From an uncultured Actinomyces sp. (lineage in GTDB: Bacteria; Actinomycetota; Actinomycetes; Actinomycetales; Actinomycetaceae), in contig CAYFPY010000003.1 in NCBI GenBank assembly GCA_964345125.1, positions 5,185 through 69,184 of the forward strand: a stretch of DNA of 64,000 nt, written 5' to 3'. Positions 53,101 through 59,521 of the stretch are shown here, one piece after another. The number at the start of each line of letters is the position of its first letter. The stretch's first letter is position 1. The translations under genes and the position numbers were made by a program. The notes beneath the pieces were generated by a model. The model worked only from the letters and a program-made list of their open reading frames with translations, was not told the DNA's origin and ran no database searches.

Positions 53101-53961
53101 TATGCTCCCCTAGCATTTGAGTATGGCTACTCGGTTGAACGTCCCGACGTTCTGGTTGCTTGGGAAGCCCAGTTTGGAGACTTCGCTAACGGGGCGCAAA
53201 CAGTTATCGATGAGTTCATTTCGTCAGCTGAGCAAAAGTGGGCGCAATCATCTTCACTGATGATGCTACTTCCACACGGTTACGAAGGGCAGGGGCCTGA
53301 TCACTCATCTGCGCGTATCGAAAGATACCTGCAACTGGCGGCAGACGACAACATGTGGATCTGCCAGCCTTCCACCCCAGCCAACCATTTCCATCTGATA
53401 AGGACCCAGGCCTACAGGCGTCCACGGACTCCTTTGATTGAATTCACACCGAAACAGCTCCTGAGGTTGTCTGCCGCGACCTCACCGCGCGAGGATTTCC
53501 TGGAAGGTAAGTTCTTGCCCGTCATTGGTGAGGTCGATGAGACCATCAATCAGAACGCGGCGAATGTTTCCAGGGTGCTGCTCTGCTCGGGCCGTGTCTA
53601 CTACGACTTGGCGCGTGAACGCAAGAAGCTGGGGCTGAACAACGTGGCAATTGTGCGAGTGGAGCAGCTGCATCCCACCCCCGTGCAGGAAGTTGCGGAA
53701 GCCATAGCTCCTTTTGAGAATGCCGAGTTAGTGTGGGTCCAGGATGAGCCTGAGAACCAGGGTCCGTGGGAGTTCTTCGCGATGAACCTGTTCCCCAAGT
53801 TGGGGATCATCCCAGCCTTGGATACGTTGCCCGCAGAAATCCGGCAAATACACGTGGTTTCTCGTCCCGCCGCGGCTGCCCCTTCAACCGGGCTCATGTC
53901 ATGGCACCTGCAGGAACAGGAACAATTATTGGCAGCAGCGTTTGGGGAGATCACCGCCTAG
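50104..53961 (+). CDS. kgd: multifunctional 2-oxoglutarate dehydrogenase/decarboxylase E1 with a fused E2-like acyltransferase domain (Kgd/OdhA type)
   Basis: E2-like catalytic motif DHRVIQGAESGQF followed by the ThDP E1 core (HGDAAFIGQGVV). I prefer the GTG at 50104, which has GAGGAGGG upstream. The ORF is open from the TTG at 50026 and the ATG at 50029. Confidence 0.9.
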   Translation: MTDNSETEQPQQEQPTDWYIGQMYQSFLADPQSVPEDWRQYFLSYPTAGEETLQRLAAESSVMTPTEEDEITPAVEGAFSPQDQNPGSPLADAQGAYQENVTRSDLPPAPPTAVGEATSPYARQSAARAASSLQDDLPTENEKTLLRGPARSIAKNMEDSLAVPTATSAREVPAKLLIENRALINSHLARTVGGKISFTHLIGYALVESLVEMPGMNVRYVEDGNKGYLEQLAHVGLGIAVDVQRADGSRSLMVPVVQEADTLTFPQFVEALNDLISRSRSGDLSPADFQGASVSLTNPGTLGTTHSVPRLMQGQGAIIGIGATDYPAEWAGVPELRLAELGIGKTMYTTSTYDHRVIQGAESGQFLRTFAQKLAGEDGFYDRVFDALHVPYPPYRWELDLEVGLGEDGNKDSRIQGLIQAYRSRGHLAADLDPLAYRLRRHPDLELGRYGLSVWDLDRIFPTFGFAGAIRMPLRDILERLRDTYTRTVGIEYMHIQDPEQRLWLEEEVEEPYQKPSEQDRMQILSTLVQAEAFEEFLQTKYTGQKRFSLEGGESLIPLLDTVMRSAAHAGLYEVAIAMAHRGRLNVLANVAGKSYAQIFSEFEGSPHLSADNGSGDVKYHLGTEGVFTAEDGVATRVYMAANPSHLEAADGVLLGIARAKDDKLGQDDWPVLPVLIHGDAAFIGQGVVYEALNMSQLEGFRTGGTLHVIVNNQIGFTTGPTSGRSTRYATDLAKGLQIPIFHVNADDPEAVVRVAELAFKYRQRFKKDVVIDLVCYRRRGHNEGDDPSMTQPVMYALIDSLPSTLAVYTSNLVGRGDITEEQALAVEKEYKDHLDGILEETRSHGLSAEDNASQGGAGTAGEVHGLELPDSQQPGAGMMIGWTSSVTATEIERIGSAYNSFPPGFEPHKKLRELSEKRFEMAAGQAPIDWGFAELLAWGTVLMDGTPVRITGQDARRATFVQRHAVMHSQKDGSEFTPLDFLTPEQGQFSIYDSPLSEYAPLAFEYGYSVERPDVLVAWEAQFGDFANGAQTVIDEFISSAEQKWAQSSSLMMLLPHGYEGQGPDHSSARIERYLQLAADDNMWICQPSTPANHFHLIRTQAYRRPRTPLIEFTPKQLLRLSAATSPREDFLEGKFLPVIGEVDETINQNAANVSRVLLCSGRVYYDLARERKKLGLNNVAIVRVEQLHPTPVQEVAEAIAPFENAELVWVQDEPENQGPWEFFAMNLFPKLGIIPALDTLPAEIRQIHVVSRPAAAAPSTGLMSWHLQEQEQLLAAAFGEITA

Positions 53962-53983
53962 AGAAAAAGGGGTACTTCTACTA

Positions 53984-54031
53984 AAGTTGATCCCCTTCAC
54001 CAGAATTGATTCTGGTGAAGGGGATCAACTT
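53984..54031. terminator. perfect 22-bp hairpin, a probable bidirectional intrinsic terminator
   Basis: AAGTTGATCCCCTTCACCAGAA-TTGA-TTCTGGTGAAGGGGATCAACTT, followed by ATTTTGTT on the plus strand. It lies between the convergent kgd gene and the bL37-like ORF. Confidence 0.75.
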
Positions 54032-54081
54032 ATTTTGTTAAGCTCCTTAGGCCCACTTTCTTCTGGTTGCCTGCAGGCTGC

Positions 54082-54162
54082 CTAGGAAGCGTTAGGTTTT
54101 TTACCGTGGTTGGCCTTTGAGCGTCTCTTACGGTCTTTCCTTTGGCGTGCTCGTTTACTCAC
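54082..54162 (-). CDS. probable 50S ribosomal protein bL37 (26 aa)
   Basis: Manual translation gives MSKRARQRKDRKRRSKANHGKKPNAS. The GTG start has GGGAGG 5 nt upstream. The C-terminal ANHGK-K/R-PN motif matches my recollection of bL37. The ORF is below the ORF-track length cut-off. Confidence 0.6.
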   Translation of the reverse strand: MSKRARQRKDRKRRSKANHGKKPNAS

Positions 54163-54373
54163 TGCACCCTCCCATCTTCCTTCGACTTCACTTTTCTATG
54201 ATCCCACATTGAGTCAGCAACTCAAATCAACCGGTAGTTTTTCTTGACGGATGGGCGGAGGCCAAGGGAACTGCAGTGGAACGTCCCCTTGGCTGAGGCT
54301 GCCTATTGGTAGAATTGCACGTTGACGGCAGTTTCCTCCTGTTTGGGAACCAAGTTTTAGGTAAGGATATTTT

Positions 54374-55750
54374 TTGAGCGTTAGCGGCACCCCCAATACT
54401 GGCTGGGATCCTTGGGCAGCCCCCACACCGGGGACCCCCTTAAATGCCTCGGTGACACTGCCGGGATCAAAATCTCAAACCAGCCGTGCTCTGCTCATGA
54501 GCGTTCTGTCTGGTAGTCCCGTGAAAATAATGGGGGCGTTAGCTTCGCGTGATTCTTTGCTGGCGGCCAAAGCCGCCCAACAGTTCGGGGCGAGTTTAGC
54601 TTTCGCGCCTACAGAAAACTTGGTGACTGTTACGCCGCCCACATCTCTGCGTGGGGGTTTTGAGCTGGATGTGGGCCTTGCTGGTACGGTCATGCGTTTC
54701 GGCGCTGCACTGGCTGCTTTTAGTGATGGCCCTGTCCGTATAGTTGGTGATCGGGCGGCGTTGAGACGTCCTATCGGCCCCCTGATGGATGCGTTGGAGC
54801 ACCTGGGAGCCGAAGTCACATACGAGGGCGAACCTGGCTTTTTGCCTCTGTCTGTCCGAAAAGCAACTGCTGAACCCAGCTCTGCCCCAGTGGTTAGGGT
54901 TGCCACTTCGTCCTCGTCCCAATACCTCTCAGCTCTCCTTTTAGCTTCCCCTCTGTTCCCTGATGGGACCATCGTCGAGGCCGTTGGGACAATCCCCTCG
55001 TGGCCTTACGTAGCCCTGAGCCTGGAAATGCTTGCTGAGCAGGGCATTCACGTAGAGCAGGTTTCCTCCCAGAGCTGGCGGAGCCAGGCCGGGAAGCTGG
55101 TTGGATCTCCCATTACTGTTGAGCCGGACCTGGCTAACGCTGGCCCATTTTTGGCTGCTGCCCTTTTGTTGGGAGGAAGCGTAACGATAAAGGATTGGCC
55201 TGCGGCATCCAACCAGGTGGGTAAGTATTGGGAGGAATTGTTGCCTCGTTTTGGGGCTTCTCTGGCTTTCAGTAGTCTCGGGATGACGGTTACTGCCCCT
55301 GCGGGCCTGACCTGGCCCGGACAGGACTTCAACCTTGAAGCAGCTGGAGAGCTGGCACCAACCATTGCGGCCCTCTGTTTGTTTGCCACTTCACCATCCA
55401 CACTGACTGGGATCGGACACTTGCGCGGTCACGAAACGGACCGGCTGTCCGCTTTGGCGGAACTTATTCAGGCACTGGGTGCGAGGGCGGAGATTCTAGA
55501 TGACGGCATCAGAATTTTCCCTGCACCCCTTACGGGCACTGTGCTTTCCAGCTACGAGGACCACAGGATGGCTACGTTTGGCGCCTTGGTTGGCCTGCGC
55601 ATTCCCGATTGTACCGTAGAAAATATTGAGACCACAGACAAAACGCTCCCTAACTTTCCCCTCATGTGGAAGGCAATGATCGAGGGCCGCCCCTCCCCTG
55701 CACCCCCTCGGCTCACCCAGCGGGCAATCGACGAACAGGCAATGCCGTGA
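54374..55750 (+). CDS. aroA: 3-phosphoshikimate 1-carboxyvinyltransferase (EPSP synthase)
   Basis: LPGSKSQTSRALLMSVL and the C-terminal GHLRGHETDRLSAL and DHRMATFGAL motifs. TTG start. Confidence 0.9.
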   Translation: MSVSGTPNTGWDPWAAPTPGTPLNASVTLPGSKSQTSRALLMSVLSGSPVKIMGALASRDSLLAAKAAQQFGASLAFAPTENLVTVTPPTSLRGGFELDVGLAGTVMRFGAALAAFSDGPVRIVGDRAALRRPIGPLMDALEHLGAEVTYEGEPGFLPLSVRKATAEPSSAPVVRVATSSSSQYLSALLLASPLFPDGTIVEAVGTIPSWPYVALSLEMLAEQGIHVEQVSSQSWRSQAGKLVGSPITVEPDLANAGPFLAAALLLGGSVTIKDWPAASNQVGKYWEELLPRFGASLAFSSLGMTVTAPAGLTWPGQDFNLEAAGELAPTIAALCLFATSPSTLTGIGHLRGHETDRLSALAELIQALGARAEILDDGIRIFPAPLTGTVLSSYEDHRMATFGALVGLRIPDCTVENIETTDKTLPNFPLMWKAMIEGRPSPAPPRLTQRAIDEQAMP

Positions 55751-56775
55751 ACAGGTCTTTTGATGCTGGTACAGATGACCCGCGGGTGCGTATCCGGGCT
55801 AGGCGTGGCTCTCAGCCTCGCAGTAAACGCCGCCCCGACTACTCCAACCGACCTATGGGTCGCGTTGTTGCTATCGACAGGGGGAGGTACACCATCTCTG
55901 TTGAAGGAGTGCTGGTGCAAGCTGTTAAAGCTCGGGAGCTTTCCCGCAACGCTGTGGTTATGGGTGACTATGTGCGGCTGACGGGAGACACTTCCGGCAG
56001 AGAAGACACGTTAGCCCGTGTGGCACATGTGGAGCCTCGCAAGAACGTTTTGCGGCGTTCCTTGGAAGAGACGGAACAGGGGCGAGGCGAAAAAATTGTT
56101 GTTGCCAACGCAGACCTGTTGGTGGTGGTTGCCGCAAGCGCTCAACCGGACCCACGAGTGGGCATGGTTGACCGGGCTCTGGTTGCGGCCGAGGAAGCAG
56201 CGATTCCCACTGTTTTGGTGATGACCAAGCCTGATTTGGCGGACCCTGCTCCTTTCTTGGCTAGTTACAAAGATTTTGCTTTGCCGTACCGGGTGGTTTC
56301 CCCCACTGTCGCCACCCGAGAGCAGTTGGCTCCTTTGGAGGAACTACTTAGGGGCAAATTTGCTGTTCTGCTTGGGCATTCCGGGGTGGGTAAGTCTACT
56401 TTGTTGAACGCTTTAATCCCCGAGGCTGACCGGGCGGTGGGCAGGGTGAACGCCTCCACGGGTAAAGGTCGGCACACCTCAACTTCCGCGATTGCCATGC
56501 CTCTGCCGATGGGTGGCTGGCTGGTGGACACACCTGGAATCCGTTCTTTCGGTTTGGCACATGCCGAGACACAGGATGTTTTGCGCGCTTTCCCCTGGGT
56601 TGGGGAGGTTACCAGCTACTGTTTGCCGAATTGTTCTCACGGTGCAAACGAGGTGTCCTGCGCGTTGGATGAGTGGACCTCAGGGCAGACCGCTCTTCCA
56701 CTTTCCCCAGAAGTGTTGGCGGTTTCCCTGCCGGAAAGACGTTTGTTAGTGGAGCGTGTACGCGCGTTACTCTAA
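55747..56775 (+). CDS. rsgA: ribosome small subunit-dependent GTPase A
   Basis: Circularly permuted GTPase with TKPDL then GHSGVGKSTLLNAL, and the zinc motif CLPNCSHGANEVSC. The GTG at 55747 overlaps the aroA stop (GTGA). The ORF-track start at 55666 would overlap aroA by 85 nt. Confidence 0.85.
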   Translation: MNRSFDAGTDDPRVRIRARRGSQPRSKRRPDYSNRPMGRVVAIDRGRYTISVEGVLVQAVKARELSRNAVVMGDYVRLTGDTSGREDTLARVAHVEPRKNVLRRSLEETEQGRGEKIVVANADLLVVVAASAQPDPRVGMVDRALVAAEEAAIPTVLVMTKPDLADPAPFLASYKDFALPYRVVSPTVATREQLAPLEELLRGKFAVLLGHSGVGKSTLLNALIPEADRAVGRVNASTGKGRHTSTSAIAMPLPMGGWLVDTPGIRSFGLAHAETQDVLRAFPWVGEVTSYCLPNCSHGANEVSCALDEWTSGQTALPLSPEVLAVSLPERRLLVERVRALL

Positions 56776-57569
56776 CGCTCTATTTTTAGAGCTTCCAGCA
56801 CCTTTTGGTGTAGTTGCCCATTGCTGGCGACTGCGTCGGCGCCCCAGGGCCCAGGTTTCCCTGCACTGGAAGTGAACTGTCCCCCAGCTTCCTGCACTAT
56901 GGGTACTAGAGCGGCCATGTCGTACAGTTCTAGTTCCGGTTCTGCAGCGAAGTCGACCACCCCTTCTGCAACCATCATGTAGCTCCAGAAGTCCCCGAAC
57001 CCTCTGCTGCGCCAACAGCTGTCTTGTAACGCTAAGAAGTTGTCTAGCAAACCTCGGGCCTGCCATCCCTGTAGAGATGAGTAGGCCATGAAAGCATCCC
57101 CTAACGCGCAAACGCGTGAGACAGCAATTTGCTGTGGGCTTTGATCTTGCACTTGTACGTAGGCTCCTGTCCCTTTCGCGGCCCACCACCGACGCCCCAA
57201 TGCTGGTGCAGAAACCACTCCTAGAACCACTTCGTCTTCTTGGGCGAGTGCAATTAGGGTGGCCCACACCGGCACCCCGCGCACAAAGTTGTTAGTCCCG
57301 TCGATAGGGTCGATAATCCACTGTCTGGTCGCTTCCCCGCTACGTCCCCGTTCTTCCCCCAAAATTGAATCTGTTGACCCGCTGTCCGCGAGCAGTGCGC
57401 GAAGTTTGTCTTCCACCGCCTTGTCCGCGTCCGACACTAGGGTGAAGTCAGCTTTGCGCTCTACCTTTAGATCTACGGCTCCAAACCGGTCCATGCTGAT
57501 CTGGTCTGCGTAGTCAGCCAGCTCGTGGGCGAAGCCCAGTTCAGCGGCGTAGGAAACTTGTTGTGTCAT
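56772..57569 (-). CDS. inositol monophosphatase family protein (possible histidinol-phosphatase HisN)
   Basis: IMPase motifs ILGEE, IDPIDGTNNFVRG and WSYMMVAEG. The substrate cannot be assigned from sequence alone. Confidence 0.75.
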   Translation of the reverse strand: MTQQVSYAAELGFAHELADYADQISMDRFGAVDLKVERKADFTLVSDADKAVEDKLRALLADSGSTDSILGEERGRSGEATRQWIIDPIDGTNNFVRGVPVWATLIALAQEDEVVLGVVSAPALGRRWWAAKGTGAYVQVQDQSPQQIAVSRVCALGDAFMAYSSLQGWQARGLLDNFLALQDSCWRSRGFGDFWSYMMVAEGVVDFAAEPELELYDMAALVPIVQEAGGQFTSSAGKPGPWGADAVASNGQLHQKVLEALKIER

Positions 57570-57634
57570 GCCAGTAGGTTAGCAAACCTGCCGACCCTCG
57601 GCCCGATTGACCGTCTTCCAGATACAATTCGGCT

Positions 57635-58378
57635 ATGACGAATCGTTTCCTTATGCTGACGACGCGCAGCGATGAAGTTATCTCCCAGTCTGAACGGCAA
57701 GCTCTGCTAACCTTCACGGGTTTAGAGCCCGCCGAGCTGGTGAATCTCCGCCTGGAGGCGGGAGAATTTCCTGACATTGATCTAGACCAGTGGGACGGCA
57801 TTATTATGTGCGGATCGTCCTACGACGTTTCCATGCCGGAAGAGGACAAGTCGGAACGGCAAAAATATGTGGAAAGGAACCTTGAGGAACTGCTCGACCG
57901 AGTTATCGAACGGGATTTTCCTCTCCTGGGAATCTGCTACGGTTTGGGCCTAGCGGCCCGCCACCTGGGCGGTAAAGTTGGTTACGAGATTTCGGAAGAT
58001 ATCACTGCCCCGGTTCTGACAAAGACGGAAGAGGGCAAGCAAGATCCCCTTTTGGGGGGTATTCCAGATAGTTTTCATGCCTATCTAGGCCACCACGAGT
58101 CCGTTATCCAAAAACCGGAGGGAATGACCACGCTCGTCACAGGTCCCATTGCTCCCGTACAGATGGCGCGGGTGGGAAAGAACACCTACCTGACACAGTT
58201 CCACCCAGAGCTAGATTACGACGGCATCATGCTAAGAATCGACCTGTTTTCCGACCTGGGATACTATCCACTAGAAGAACGCGCCGCGGTCGAAGAGCGT
58301 GTCACCGGAGTGGATGTTTCGCCCGCCCATCTTATTCTGTCGAACTTTGTGAATATTTACGGCAAAGAAGAGGAGTAG
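57635..58378 (+). CDS. class I glutamine amidotransferase-like protein
   Basis: Nucleophile elbow LLGICYGLG and the His/Glu pair in TQFHPE. Confidence 0.75.
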   Translation: MTNRFLMLTTRSDEVISQSERQALLTFTGLEPAELVNLRLEAGEFPDIDLDQWDGIIMCGSSYDVSMPEEDKSERQKYVERNLEELLDRVIERDFPLLGICYGLGLAARHLGGKVGYEISEDITAPVLTKTEEGKQDPLLGGIPDSFHAYLGHHESVIQKPEGMTTLVTGPIAPVQMARVGKNTYLTQFHPELDYDGIMLRIDLFSDLGYYPLEERAAVEERVTGVDVSPAHLILSNFVNIYGKEEE

Positions 58379-58394
58379 TCCCCCTCCCTGACGG

Positions 58395-58826
58395 TCAGGT
58401 CCCGCTAGCCACCTCTAGGTGGCTAGCTAACATTTCGCGTTCACTGATGTCGTACCACAGAAGCGCTTTGGCAAAGAGCTCTTGCATTCCCTGATCTGTG
58501 GTCTCTTGATCGGGTGCGCCCAGCGCCTTCACCGCCAAAGCCAAACTGCTTTTTTCATCAGCAAAGATACAGTCAATGTTCGCCCAGGACGCGAAATGGT
58601 GTTGACCCGGTTCAAGGGTTCCGCAGGCCACTAACCGGAAAGGTGGGGTTTCCTGTCGCTGAGCGAGGACGAGCGACTCGACGCTCGCATCATCAATGAT
58701 GGAGACGCTTAGCTCTTCACTGTCCATTTCCGCCTCCGCTAATCTTTCCTCAAGTGCTAGGGGCTCTCGAGATGGCGGGTGGTCCCCCGCCAGTTCGGGC
58801 ACTGTCAAGGGTAGGTAGGCGCGCAT
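58395..58826 (-). CDS. hypothetical acidic protein
   Basis: A coherent 143-aa ORF (MRAYLPLTVPELA ... LLWYDISE). I am not confident of any family. Confidence 0.5.
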   Translation of the reverse strand: MRAYLPLTVPELAGDHPPSREPLALEERLAEAEMDSEELSVSIIDDASVESLVLAQRQETPPFRLVACGTLEPGQHHFASWANIDCIFADEKSSLALAVKALGAPDQETTDQGMQELFAKALLWYDISEREMLASHLEVASGT

Positions 58827-59019
58827 GTTGTAATTATCCCACCTGGATCAGCCTTACACCAAAACCAATTCGGTCTGATTTATCCACATGAGCCCAAAGC
58901 CACATTTTTATCCCCAACGTCTTGTTATAGTCTCGCTTACTTGGCAGCGTCTACCCAAAAATAGAACAGCAACGAAGAAGCACTTAAATGACACCTAAGT
59001 AAACTCGAAAGGAAATCCC

Positions 59020-59517
59020 GTGTCCGCCTTAAAAAAACGTGCGACCACCACCCGACCAGCACAGCCGCTACGCACGTACGAACATCTCTACCCGCCGAGA
59101 AACTCTCAAGCGCCTACACCTATTGTCAACAACCGGCGCCCCTCCTACCGTCCGGTTTCCGCAAGCCGGCAAGCTCGGCCCTACCGCCGAAGCACCGCCC
59201 AGGAGTTACCCGCACCTGAATCATGGGCTAAGGTTTTGGCAGCCGCAGTTCTCGATGCCCGGGCGGGTAGAAGAGACCCCCGGAGCTTACAACGTTGGCT
59301 CCTACCCAGATTGACTCCGCTTCTTGCCCCAATGGATCAGGTCCCGACATCCAGTTCCCTGCCCGCAGTAGCTCGTTCCGCTCACGCCCAACAGGTGGCT
59401 CCCGGCGTATTTGAGGTCGCCGTCGTATTGGTTGAGAAAGGGCGAGCATGTGCCGTGGCTCTACGCATGCGCGAACACAGGGGCAGGTGGCTAACTACCG
59501 AATTGGAATTAGCGTGA
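59020..59517 (+). CDS. Rv3235-like conserved actinobacterial protein
   Basis: A Pro/Arg-rich N-terminus followed by VLAAAVLDARAGRRDPRSLQRWLLPRL ... FEVAVVLVEKGRACAVALRMREHRGRWLTTELE. Its position next to secA matches mycobacteria. The call is from recollection only. Confidence 0.5.
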   Translation: MSALKKRATTTRPAQPLRTYEHLYPPRNSQAPTPIVNNRRPSYRPVSASRQARPYRRSTAQELPAPESWAKVLAAAVLDARAGRRDPRSLQRWLLPRLTPLLAPMDQVPTSSSLPAVARSAHAQQVAPGVFEVAVVLVEKGRACAVALRMREHRGRWLTTELELA

Positions 59518-59521
59518 GCCC

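Noticed and set aside
56767-57267. A 166-aa Arg-rich ORF in an alternative frame of the IMPase/HisN gene on the same strand.
   Set aside because: The composition (R, G, S, C-rich) is typical of an out-of-frame reading of GC-rich coding DNA. The overlapping frame carries clear IMPase motifs.
58404-58427. A perfect 10-bp palindrome, GCTAGCCACC-TCTA-GGTGGCTAGC, just after the amidotransferase gene.
   Set aside because: It lies within the 3' coding end of the minus-strand 143-aa ORF and lacks a convincing U-tract. It could act as a terminator for the plus-strand gene, but the support is too weak to call a feature.
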